From assembly GCA_032718475.1 (NCBI GenBank), contig JAUCBJ010002722.1, positions 124,001 through 188,000 of the forward strand: a stretch of DNA of 64,000 bases, given 5' to 3'. A model generated the notes under the pieces. It was not told where the DNA came from, searched no databases, and saw only the letters and a program-made list of their open reading frames with translations. A program made the position numbers and the translations under genes. The stretch comes from Nemertoderma westbladi. Lineage: Eukaryota; Animalia; Xenacoelomorpha. Shown here one piece after another: positions 1 to 11,546 of this stretch (positions within the stretch are counted from its first letter, which is position 1; the number at the start of each line of letters is the position of its first letter).

Positions 1-730
1 CCTATTCAGCTATTGGCTGATTGGCTATTTACCTAACAGACAGTTAGGTAGATATTATATTTCTTTCTCCTGATTGGTTATAGGATCAGATGCTGTCAGA
101 TCAGATCAGATCAGATAAGGACAGACGTTTCATTCTACCTCCTTAATGAGGCGGGTATTTACAGTATGTCGTCGTATGCATTCGTGGCAGGTTAATTCAA
201 CTATTTCGTTTGACTGTTTTAACTACGGTACTCGGTTTCCGTACTTTCATATTATGTTTAAAGCATATGTTTAGGAAAACAGGCAGACAGGCTGGACAGG
301 TAGGCCCTAATCTGCTAATGTTTTAGTTCAAAATTTATAAGTTTTTTTTATCATAACACTATTACTTGGCGATGTAAAACATAATACATGTACATGTAGT
401 CCTGTCCTACTGTAAGTAATTTCACACAACTTTTGATGAACAACCAGACAACAAAAGTATTTATTTGTTGAATGCCTACCGTCAGACCGTAGCCGTAGAA
501 GGGGGCTACTTTGATTTCACTGGCAGACTGGGCTGCAGGGGCTTCTTTGATATTTGACACAAATAGTTCTACCTTTATGATAAGATAAACAGCACTCCAG
601 TCTGCCAGTACAGCAGTACTGCAGTCTGGCAGTTGCATATAAGTAAATCTGTAAATGAGAGTACTGGAGTAGGCCTATGTCTGTATGTACACTGACAAAG
701 TGAAACATAGAGTACGGTAGGGCCTAAATA

Positions 731-1163
731 CAGTCGGGGAGAAGTTCTATTTTCAACTGAGTTGAAATTTCAACTTTATTTTTTAAAATTCAACTTTTTA
801 TTAAAATTCAACTTTTGGAGTACTGGAGTAGAGTTTAAAATTCAACTTCTTTTTTAAATTCAACTTTTGGAGTAACTTTGGAAATACTGAAATATGGAAT
901 TAGGCCTACTGGTAGGCCTATTCCATTGTATAATAATTATGACATTCAGCGGTAATTTAATACATCTAATAAATTCCCGTAGTATTTCAGCTAATTTGCA
1001 AATGTAGGCCTAATCACTTAAAATGTTTTTAAAAAAAGTATTCCCGACAAAAACAATCAAAACACCCCTTCTGTGACGTCTTGGGGGCCTTCTGCACCTC
1101 CTGCCATTTTAGAGTTGAATTTACAACTTAAAAGTTGAATTAAAAAAAAAAAGTCCCCGACTG
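731..1163. mobile_element. MITE / non-autonomous DNA transposon with 10-bp TIRs
   Basis: CAGTCGGGGA at 731-740 and its reverse complement TCCCCGACTG at 1154-1163. AAATA on both flanks (726-730, 1164-1168) is a possible TSD. Subterminal TTCAACT/AGTTGAA motifs repeat in opposite orientation at the two ends. Confidence 0.55.
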
Positions 1164-1447
1164 AAATAAGAGTTGTTCAATACAATACTGCAATAGTGAA
1201 TAGGCTACCCATTTTACTGCAGTCTGGCAGTGTACTGTACAACAGTATAAGTATAGTATAGTGCTGATGGAAAGACAATGAGCAGATCATTTAGCCTACA
1301 GCAGAGCTACCGTGGTACTGCAGTACAGTACTTGCATCTGAGCTTGAGAAACAGCCTACAGCTACCAGCTACGGTCAGACACTCTGACGACTGAAGGTTG
1401 ACTTGACTTCACACGCCTAGTGCTACATTATAGTAGTCGGTCAGGGT

Positions 1448-1650
1448 CAGGGGCGCAGCCACGTTCCAAAAAGTGGGGGGGGGGGGGAATAAAATAATAA
1501 TAAATAAAATATTAATAATAAAATAAATAAAATATTAATAATAAAATAAATAAAATATTAATAATAAAATAAATAATTAAATATAAAATAATTAAAATAA
1601 AATTAAAATAAACTAATTTTAAATAAAATAATTAATTAAAATAAATAATT
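1448..1650. repeat. MITE-like terminus (CAGGGGCGCAGCCACG + poly-G) followed by an AT-rich AATAAAAT minisatellite
   Basis: GC-rich terminus at 1448-1487, then imperfect AATAAAATAAATAAAATATT repeats to about 1650. No matching second end found. Confidence 0.4.
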
Positions 1651-1949
1651 TTAGGTCCTGCATAACTCCACCACCCCCCCCCCCCCCCCACAAATTTTTT
1701 TTACAAATCTTAATGAGATTGTATGAAATTTGAAACATAGATAGTTTAACCTCCCTCCTCAATAGGTTAGTCAGAATTTTAATTTTCGCTTTCATTCTTT
1801 ATAGTTACAAACGTTTGAAAAAAGTGTTTAAAAGATAGAAATAAGCACTATATAATACTTAATAGGCCTAATGAGAAATTAAAAAAGTACAAATTCTTCA
1901 GATATACAATTACTGTACAATACAATTTCGACCAAAAAATGTAAACCTG

Positions 1950-3660
1950 GTATTCTTCACATTGGTGTTTGAACCAATTATAACTCCATTATTCTTCAAC
2001 CTTAAAAGTGATTCGTTGGTGGAGATCGAAAGATCTCGATGATGGATTCCAAATATAATTTTGCTTAGCACAGAATTCGTTTCCCTGCAACAACGACATC
2101 TCCCCATCGTTACCAACAAACCCTCTAAGGTAAAAATGTCGAAAGAGATACCTATTTAAAAAGCCCTTCTTGTAGATTGAAAGCGAATGCGATTTGTTAT
2201 CTCGACACAGGAGATTAACAAATTTTATTATCATTTAATTTATTTTAGTTATTCTAACCAAAACAATGTATGACGAAATTGTGGGGACATGGAAATACAC
2301 CTTATATTATAAAGTTACTTATATTGTCGTGCAAAAACATTTCATGGTGTTTGGAAATATGCGACAAGATTGGATTATACAATCATTGCCTCTTTCATGA
2401 TTTAATAGATAATCTACAATATTACGCCTCCTCACTCTTATATAATTAAATGAACATTCTTCATCAACATAGTTGTATTGTACAGCCGTATCAAATAATA
2501 ATTTAAGATCATTTTTAGTAAATTCCCAAAATCGTTTATCTACATCTATATCCGCTATAGGCCTGCCTACCTGGTTCGTGGTCTACTGTGTCCGGAACGC
2601 CAGTAAAATCATCATCCTCAACATAAAAATCGTCAACATTGAATTGTGGAGCAATTGAACTGGTCGAGTTACTGGTGGTACTAATAGAAGCAATACCAAC
2701 AGGTTCATTCGTTAAATCGATAACCACACTTGGTTCAGATATAGAGATAGGTTCATCTACCACTGCAGGTTGAGCGGTCACGGTAGGAGTTGGGTTAATA
2801 ATATCATGCAGTGTTAATTCATCCTCACTGATACGGCATAAGAGAAAACAAAGGCGACGATATTCTTCACGAATTTCAAATTTATACTTCGACAAAATAA
2901 AGCTTTCGCTACTGATTGGGAGCTTATATGCTGGCGTTTTATCTACATACAACAATTAAAATTCGCCATTCATGTAATGCACTGTCGAATACATCACTGT
3001 ACAGTATATACTTTAGCTCGAAATTTGGTAGTAACTGTATTCAATAAGCTTTCATAATCGGCATCTTTTGGCGTATTGACCAGTCCATAAGGGATTAAAC
3101 GTGTTTGGGGGCCTCCACATAATAGAGTAATACTGGAGGCCTAATACAAACCAATTGAGGGAAAGGAGCAGGTTACAGAGGCAGGCTTTTCTAACCAAAA
3201 CAAACGGTCACTTTACCAATTGAGGGAAAGGAGCAGGTTACAGAACACTACCCCTGTACTACTGTACAACTACTTACAGTACCGGTACAGTACAGGTGGA
3301 GGCCCTGAAACACGTTAGTCCTGTCAATAACTTTCGCCACACTTGTTTCAGCCCCTGAATAACATCATTATTATTTACAAGCTCCTATAATCACGGAAAC
3401 CATATCAGATTTCTTGAAGCGTTTTGACCTGCAGCTTGTAGGGCCGTGAAAGCATTTTCTTCTATTGGTTTTTCTAAGTGTCCTCACTTCATACAGTCTT
3501 ATCAGCGAAGTACTCTCTAAATGTTAGTAGAACATCCGTTTTCTCAGGGCTACTACCGCCAGGCTTCCATAGGTCCTGTTGATATGGAGGCTACGGATCC
3601 GGGCCTCCGCTTTCTGGCAAACATTCCTCTCCAAGCGTAACATTTCTCCGCAAATACTGT
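1950..3660 (-). pseudogene. Decayed G2E3-like (HECT E3 ligase-like) gene
   Basis: Minus-strand fragments in shifting frames: LLTFREYF...KKSDMVSVIIG, then KLL(T)VNTPKDADYESLL (joined across the 3081-3322 insert), LLYVDKTPAYKLPISSESFILSKYKFEIREEYRRLCFLLC (ORF 2536-2955), a low-complexity linker, then YIRVRRRNIVDYL. Order and motifs resemble invertebrate G2E3-like proteins as I recall them. Many stops and frameshifts. Confidence 0.5.
3081..3322. mobile_element. Small MITE-like insertion inside the G2E3-like pseudogene
   Basis: Imperfect inverted repeats of about 28 bp (GGGATTAAACGTGTTTGGGGGCCTCCAC at 3091-3118 vs GTGGAGGCCCTGAAACACGTTAGTCC at 3296-3321). Internal direct duplication ACCAATTGAGGGAAAGGAGCAGGTTACAGA. 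Removing it restores the KLLTVNTPKD reading. Confidence 0.55.
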
Positions 3661-3837
3661 ATGTACTGTACCGGTACTGATCACGGATCTGCCGCAACTA
3701 TGGCAGTACCGGAATTTCGATCCTTCAACCAATATTTGACCGCAATCCGCAATCTGTACAACAACTCATTATTACAAACACTGTTAGGCCTACAGGCTCT
3801 ATAGAGTTAGCGAAACTATTGAAATAGGAAATACCTA

Positions 3838-4937
3838 GGGTGAGTGAGGGAGACTTGAACCCCAAAAGTTATAATACAGATAAAGAACAGATAAATGAAT
3901 TTTTCAATGCCGTTTTAACTTTTTCACATGACACCTAGGGTGGGAGACTTGAAACCTACCTCACATTCTTGTAAATTCGTTCAAAAATGCAGAAGAAGTG
4001 TAATAATTACATGTTCAACATGTCTATTTTATAGTAGAGCAGCAAAAATGCAAAAAATACGATTATTAATTTGTTAAATTATTATCCCAAATTTTGTACA
4101 AATTTAGGTGGTCATTCACATGGTTCTCCTAATAAGAAATAAATAAATAATAGTTAATTAAAACCACAATAAGATTTAACGCGGAAAGGTACTTTTTAAT
4201 ATTAAACATCTTGTATAATTTTCAATCCAGGATCATTTTAATTGTTTTCCTGTAATTCTATTGATGTGTGCCGCTTTCTGACGTAGCGGTATCTTGTTTA
4301 TGTGGTCAATCACCAAGTTGGCGGGCTACCACATTGCAAAGAGGGAAGTAAGAGTTGTTGGTTGGCTTGGCTGGGTTTGGTTTAGTCAAGCTAGAGAGGG
4401 GCTACTCCTACTGCATGAAGCATAGCCATCCATTGATAGCTGCGTCGGTGTAAGTGTCAATCAACTAGTTGGAGTGGCCTGGTGTAATGGTTCTCTACGG
4501 GGTGTATCTCTATGTAGACGTAAGCATTGACGGGTTCAAGTCTCCCTCACACTCGGACGTCAAGTCTCCCCACATGGGCTTTTTTTCTATTAATTTAAAT
4601 AATTTCAAAACGGCTGAACCAAAACTGGAAAACAATATGGCAGGAAAGTGCAATAATTAGTCAACACATGTTGTGAATTACAATTAACATACAGTAAAAT
4701 AAGGATGCGAATTTTCATTCGTTGTAAAGGGCAAAAATTTACTTTTGAACCCAGAAAACGTTTATTGACAATAAAACAAAAAATATCCAAAAGGCAATAA
4801 AACATACTGTAGTTGCGCGGGTGTAGACAACATGTATTTTACACATTTTTGTGTGGTATTGTCAAATAATTTACAATAGTTTTTGAGTTATTAAAAAAAT
4901 CAAGTCTCCCCTAAAGTCAAGTCTCCCTCACTCACCC
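3838..4937. mobile_element. Non-autonomous Tc1/mariner-pogo-like DNA transposon
   Basis: Perfect 21-bp TIR GGGTGAGTGAGGGAGACTTGA (3838-3858) / TCAAGTCTCCCTCACTCACCC (4917-4937), flanked by TA on both sides. Extra internal GGGAGACTTGA/TCAAGTCTCCC copies near 3942, 4536, 4560 and 4900. No transposase ORF. Confidence 0.75.
4472..4554 (+). other. tRNA-like / SINE-head-like segment
   Basis: A-box-like TGGTGTAATGG and B-box-like GGTTCAAGTC, with a GAGTG...CACTC acceptor-stem-like pairing. Anticodon arm not convincing. Confidence 0.3.
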
Positions 4938-5052
4938 TACTTACTGACTTACTGCAGTACCGGTACTACTGTAATTACTATTATTAGTATCAGTATTGAG
5001 AGTTCTGTCCTTTACTGTACCGGTACTGGTATGACATTGCAATAATTTCACT

Positions 5053-7157
5053 TTGTGTGTGGGAGAGCGCATAGCGCTGTGGCGTACTCTATTAAAGGCC
5101 TTGCAAGCGTGTAGCCTTCATAATTTAGGGGGGCTGGATTATAATGGGTAGAGTACTGCTGTACTGTGTGTGTGCAGGCATGGGGAGAGTTCTATAAGTT
5201 TTAGTTTGTTGCAATTTGGTTAATGGAAGTAATTGAAAACTCCTCGTTTTAAACAAGATACTACATTTTATGGTAGCTTAGGTAGGTTTAGCTAGTAATT
5301 TCAACACTGGTTCCGATATCCTACTTCCTTCTATAAATATTTTATATTAGCTAGTTCTTATTTCTATTTGTATAGAAAATGTTCCAGAACATGTTAGCTC
5401 TTCATTTTTAAAAAAATTCTGTTCTAGAACAAATATTTTTTGTTCTAGAACATTTTTTTAGAAAAAATCTGGGTTCGATTTAAAACGCATGGAATCGTTC
5501 TAAAACGTTCTAAAACGCGTTTAAAATCAATAAAAAAAAATGTCAAAATTTGTTTTAAATTAAATTTTTTCACAATTTTTTTATTGATCTTAAACACGTT
5601 TTAGGACGATTCTATGCGTTTTAAATCGAATCCAGATTTTTTTCTAAAAATGTTCTAGAACAAAAAATATTTGTTCTAGAACATATTTTTTTTAATGAAT
5701 TGCTAACATGTTCTGTAACCTTTTCTATACCAATATAAATAAGAACTTGCTACTATAAAATATTTATGGAAGGAAGTAGGATATCGGAACCAGTGTTGAA
5801 ATTACTAGCTAAACCTGCTTAAAACACTAGCTACTAGCTTAAAACGAGGAGGCTTCAATTACGTCCATTAACCAAATTGCAACAAATGAAAATTTATAGA
5901 ACTCTGCCCATGGCTGCACACACACAGTACAGCAGTAGGCTACGCTGCCGGTTATAATCCAGCCTCCAAAAATTATGAAGGCTGCACGCTTGCAAGGCCT
6001 TTAATAAAGTACGCTATGGGAGAGCGACATGATATTTTCATGCCGCTCTACACACACCCCTCACTACACAACTTCCAGTACGTTAATGTGTGTGGAGAAC
6101 GGCATGATATTTTCATACCGCTCTACACACACACCCCTCACTACACAACTTCCAGTACGTTAATGTGTGTGGAGAACGGCATGATATTTTCATACCGCTC
6201 TACACACACACACACCCCTCACTACACAACTTCCAGTACGTTAATGTGTGTGGAGAACGGCATGATATTTTCATGCCGCTCTACACACACCCCTCACTAC
6301 ACAACTTCCAGTACGTTAATGTGTGTGGAGAACGGCATGATATTTTCATACCGCTCTACACACACACACACCCCTCACTACACAACTTCCAGTACGTTAA
6401 TGTGTGTGGAGAACGGCATGATATTTTCAGACCGCTCTACACACACACACCCCTCACTACACAACTTCCAGTACGTTAATGTGTGTGGAGAACGGCATGA
6501 TATTTTCATACCGCTCTACACACACACACACCCCTCACTACACAACTTCCAGTACGTTAATGTGTGTGGAGAACGGCATGATATTTTCATACCGCTCTAC
6601 ACACACCCCTCACTACACAACTTCCAGTACGTTAATGTGTGTGGAGAACGGCATGATATTTTCATACCGCTCTACACACACACACACCCCTCACTACACA
6701 ACTTCCAGTACGTTAATGTGTGTGGAGAACGGCATGATATTTTCATGCCGCTCTACACACACCCCTCACTACACAACTTCCAGTACGTTAATGTGTGTGG
6801 AGAACGGCATGATATTTTCATACCGCTCTACACACACACACACACCTCACTACACAACTTCCAGTACGTTAATGTGTGTGGAGAACGGCATGATATTTTC
6901 ATACCGCTCTACACACACACCCCTCACTACACAACTTCCAGTACGTTAATGTGTGTGGAGAACGGCATGATATTTTCATACCGCTCTACACACACACCCC
7001 TCACTACACAACTTCCAGTACGTTAATGTGTGTGGAGAACGGCATGATATTTTCATACCGCTCTACACACACACACACACCTCACAACACAACTTACATT
7101 AATTACTTTAATGCGTGTGGAGAGCGGCATGATATCATGCCGCTCTCCACACACATT
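5053..7157. mobile_element. Foldback element: about 930-bp imperfect palindrome with a satellite expanded in its right arm
   Basis: 5081-5540 is the reverse complement of about 5560-6014 (e.g. AGGCCTTGCAAGCGTG / CACGCTTGCAAGGCCT; CACTGGTTCCGATATCCTACTTCCTT / AAGGAAGTAGGATATCGGAACCAGTG). The outermost TGTGTGTGGGAGAGCG (5054) pairs with CGCTCTCCACACACA (7141). Confidence 0.75.
6016..7157. repeat. Tandem satellite, unit about 75-81 bp, about 14 copies, each containing a hairpin
   Basis: Unit CCCTCACTACACAACTTCCAGTACGTTAATGTGTGTGGAGAACGGCATGATATTTTCATACCGCTCTA(CA)n. Unit length varies mainly through the (CA)n tract. Confidence 0.97.
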
Positions 7158-7236
7158 AGAGGCAAATCATGTGGTATGTATGTGAGTGCAGCGCTGGCGC
7201 TTGTGGGCCACCGTACTATACAGTAGTGCCCTTGGA

Positions 7237-7696
7237 CAGGGAATGTCTAAAACCCGGGCTAGTCCCGGTCTCGGTCCAATTTTTACCCGGTCCAATAGAA
7301 AATTCCTAAAACCCGGTCCATTAACTCGCATTCCAAAAAATTAAATGACTAAAACCCGGTCTCGGTCTTAAAGTTAAATTGTCTAAAACCCGGTCCCAAA
7401 ATCCCGGTCCAATTTGTTTTCTTTATTTTTACCGTAGGACTATGGATACAAATTAATTGAATTAGATTCTAGGCGTAGTTAGATCGTGGCCGGGAAATTA
7501 GATCGGGGATCTTCTAGCGAATTTAGATACCAAGATGCACATACAGTCGATCCTAGACGAACTTAAGCCAATCTTAGATACCGGTACAAGGCTAACTTAG
7601 ATCAAACAGTAGGTGAACTGGTAAATTTAGACGTTGGTGAACATAGATTCTGGATGAACTTATATCCAAAGCCGCCAACCTAAATCCATGGCGAAC
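7237..7696. repeat. hAT-like terminus with CCCGGTC subterminal repeats, followed by a degenerate GAACTTAGATC minisatellite
   Basis: CAGGGAATGTCTAAAACCCGGG start and several (A)CCCGGTC motifs to 7410. Repeated AACTTAGAT-like motifs at 7460-7696 resume after the LINE at 9459-9525. Confidence 0.45.
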
Positions 7697-9458
7697 AATG
7701 ATGCTGACGACAGCAGGAAATCATCCCGGGCATGGAAATCGATCAACTTGCTTACTTGTCGGAAAAGCCAACCACCACCAAGGTTAAGGCTGAATCACCA
7801 GCCGATCGCCTCAATGGTTGGAAGGCCCACTTTGAAAAGCTCCTCAATAATGACAGGGTATTCTTGGTAACTTTATAGAAGTAAAAGTGTCTGAGTCTGT
7901 AGGCTACCCCCAGATATTCCCATTGGCGATATCTCCCTTGCAGAAGTGAAGGCTGCTGCAAAGAGCATTAAGACCAATCTTTACAGTGGAGTAGATGGTA
8001 TTCCCCCTGAGGTCTTTAAAATACCTGAGTGTTTAAAGCCCATCTATCCCATCATAGTAGACATATACCGAACAACAAGAGTCCCACAAGAAATGAAAAC
8101 AAATAAGTTGGTGCCAGTTCCCAAAAAGGGCAACCTAACACTCTATGGTCCTTTTCGGGGAATCTCATTGATCTCGATTGCTGCAAAGCTATACAATAGA
8201 ATTCTATTAAATCGCATCAGGGATCCCATTGAGAGACTGCTCCGTGGAAATCAGAATGGGTTCCGTAAATGTCGTGGGACCATGGAGCCCAATTTGGCAC
8301 TTAGAAGGATAATTGAAGAGTTACCAAAAAAGAAAGACAGGCATCTGGCTGTTATCTTTGTTGACTTCTTCAAGGCCTTTGATTCAGTCTCTCGCTCACG
8401 TATGTTCAGCATACTTTCATTATATGGGATTCCTGATGAAATTATTGCAGCAATCAGATTAGAATGCGAAGGTTCGGCAACATTTGTGTCTACTGTTGAC
8501 GGTGACACAGAACCATTTGAAGTGTTATGGGGCGTCCTCCAGGGAGACACACTTGCACCATTCTTGTTCATAATTGTGGTTGACTATGTTCTACGCATGA
8601 CCTTAGATCATCATAATGATGATGGGGTGATAATAACTCTTCTGAGTACTAGATCACTAGATCTGGTCACTTCTGATCACTAGAGGGAGCCCAACGGCTC
8701 CTCAACTCATTAGAACATGCTGCTACTAGTGTTGGTCTTTTTATTAACTCCAGAAAGACCACAATTTTGACAGTTAACTTTGAAAGTCCTCAGCAAGTCT
8801 GATCGGATGAGTATAAGCTCAAAGGATGGTATGCTTGAGCATGTGGACGACTTCTGTTTCCTGGGATCATGGATCCGGAATTCGGGTGAGGACCTTCGAA
8901 TACGTAAGAGAAAGGCATGGGCAGTCTTGAATAGGTTTTCCAGGTTTTAGAATTCACCGAGAATTAATCGGAAACTTAAGGTCCGATTATTTAGAGCAGC
9001 AGTTGTTCCAGTACTCCTCTATGGGAGTCCATGCTGGGCTCTAACTGCTGAGGACACCAAATCTCTGGATGGCACATTCACAAGAATGCTACGCCGGGTT
9101 CATTGTGTCAAGTACAATGCACACATCTCCAACCAGACACTATATAACATTGGAGGTGTCTCATTGGTTCCCCCAAGCTTGACACTAGAACAAAATCGCC
9201 TCCGCTTTGCAGGACATTGCTTTCGCCGTGAGGACCAGCCAGTGCATAATCTTGTACTTTGGCAGCCTCATGGAGTGAATAAGCATGGTGGACAGCCCAT
9301 GACTTTCTTGAGACGCATCTGCGACTTTCTTGATGCGGATGATCTAGCAAATGTCATGGGTTATAGGGATTTGTGGCGGCGCAATTTTGTCGACAAGCCG
9401 GCACAGCATCCTTAAAAATGCAGCTACAATGCAGCATGCCAAACCTAGTAGTAGTAGT
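7697..9458 (+). mobile_element. 5'-truncated RTE-clade LINE (defective RT)
   Basis: RT motifs PVPKKG, FRGISL, QNGFR, FVDFFKAFDS, GVLQGDTLAPFLF (ORF 7946-8683), FCFLGS and C-terminal RLRFAGHCFR. (TAG)n 3' tail. 9-bp TSD ATGGCGAAC at 7688-7696 and 9459-9467. The catalytic FADD segment is deleted. Confidence 0.92.
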
Positions 9459-10246
9459 ATGGCGAACTTAGGCCTACTGAATGTCGATCCGTGAAGAAAT
9501 TAGATCAAAAAGGCAAACTTAAGAGTCAGGAGAAAGATTCATGCTGATGATGCCCTACTGATGGACGTCTTTTTGAATTTCTAAACAAAACTCATATTAA
9601 GCATTAATTATTCTTATTAGCATAATATTTTCATTATACGATATCCCTCCCGGACTGAGAACATAACCATCACTTAAAATCGATTATGTCTTTATTCTTT
9701 AGCAGCTACTTTACTATTGCTGTTTGGTTGTTTTGTTTGTGCGTATTCTATATATTTTCATTCAAAATAACATATTATAAGCAACGTTAATGAAATTAGT
9801 GGAAAAACATATTTCTTTAATGGATTTATTATTAGAAACAGTAAGAATGGAAGTAATAAGAAGAATATTTGTTTTTTTCGTCGGTCGACTTTGTGCCAAA
9901 TAATTCTATTAAACGACTTACAGACTTATAGGTTATACAAATTGGTTATACAAATTTACTATACAATACTGCAATACCATGACTGCACTCAAAACTCGTA
10001 TGGTGTATGGAAATGTGTCGTTTACGTGTTGTTATGGAACAGTTAATTCAATTTGTTAACATCAGTCAGTCAGTAGGCACCAATCACGTTTACTGTTTCC
10101 CTGAATACCATACAGTAGGGGTCTATCAATGTATACAGTACGTTGGGAAATTTCGATTCGTTTCAGCCTCTTACAGAGTTAGCCCAAGAACATACTGCCG
10201 GCCTACTCTAATTGACACCTTGATACCCAGTGACGTGTGACAAATT

Positions 10247-11546
10247 TCATTGAGGCAACATTATGTAATGGTCTCCCGCTGTCTCCAGACTCCCACAATC
10301 GACAATCTCTATGTCGTCTACAGGTCGGTCCTTATTGTCTGTTGGGACTCGCTGAATAACATCGAGAATTTGGGCACCGTCAACTACATAACCTGAAATG
10401 AAAGCTTTGCATACTGTATGTGTATCGGTACTTCTCTATTGGGGACCTCATACTTTTACTTAAGTCAAGAGTAACTAATACTAATAGGCCTACCCTACAT
10501 TATTATTGGAATAAAATAAAGAGTAGGCCTATAGCTGAAATTCATAAAATAAACAATGTTACCAAAACAAACCTCTAAATACCATGGTGACCTACATTTT
10601 CATGTTCATGTTCAACCAACGGAATTATATACTGTAGTAGTAAGTAATTACTAATTAGTACAATAGAACTTGGCACATTATGTTTAATGTTCCGAATTTA
10701 GGTAAAACATAAAATTAACAACACATACAGGTACATGATAACAGTAACCATAGAAACACGCACGTCGCAGTAAAAAACGTGCAACTAAGTAAAACTGTAA
10801 TACTCACTAACCAAAGACAACATGGTGTCCATCTAACCAGGGGGCCTTAACCATCATAATTGCGAACTGACTGGTATTTGTATTGACTCCATAGTTTGCC
10901 ATGGCAACCCAATATGGCCCATAGTGATTCAATTTGAAATTCTCGTCAGGGAAAGTACCATCGCCTCCGTAGATGCTGCGTCCTCCGGTACCGTCACCAG
11001 TAGTGTAGTCGCCGCCTTGTATCACAAAATCCTTAATGATTCTAAATATATTGAGAATAAGATAAATTATTGACTGGTATTAATTAGTTAAAATTATTAT
11101 TTATAATATTTATTGCACGATATTGATATTTTTAAATTATTAGAACAAACAAACAATCTGATGTAATATTAGGGATCTCACCTGTGTAATAATGAATTTT
11201 TATATCCGGCGCCAGGAGCCTCGGAGCAGAGAGTCACAAAATTATGAACCGTTTTCGGGACCACATCGCCAAATAAACCGAATATAATTCTGTGTATATT
11301 GGCGCCATCTAACGTCATATCGAAGTAGACGCGATGCGTTACCCTCACTCTGTCAACGACAACCACTTGCGATGCGGTCGTCTGCGCGACAGTGACCCCT
11401 GGATGCCTCACTGACTCTATAACTGTGTCGCACGACTGCCCATAGCATGCGGGTTTGATGTAGAAGATGAAACAAATAATACATGTGACCAACGCAAACG
11501 ATCTATTTGGTTGATGTTGCCTTAAATACATGCTTTTATAATTCAT
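10247..11546 (-). CDS. Cyclophilin-type peptidyl-prolyl cis-trans isomerase, secretory-pathway (CypB/CypC-like), 3 exons, 246 aa
   Basis: Exons 11546-11182, 11041-10812 and 10392-10247 with GT-AG introns sum to 741 nt in frame. Motifs [75 protein letters not shown]. Hydrophobic N-terminal signal-like segment [13 protein letters not shown]. Confidence 0.95.

Noticed and set aside
5092-6004. TTAA...TTAA as a Kolobok/piggyBac TSD for the foldback
   Set aside because: The inverted symmetry continues outside the TTAA motifs, so they are part of the arms.
6016-7157. Hairpin-containing array as a CRISPR array, or the 336-aa ORF as a gene
   Set aside because: Whole units are repeated with no unique spacers, there are no cas genes and the context is eukaryotic. 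The ORFs are translations of the satellite.
9540-9580. CTGATGA as a hammerhead ribozyme core
   Set aside because: No stem II followed by GAAA and no closing stems found.
10801-10811. Alternative GTGAGT donor for cyclophilin exon 2
   Set aside because: It would create an immediate TAG with the 10392 acceptor, whereas the GTTAGT donor gives the conserved FGYV.
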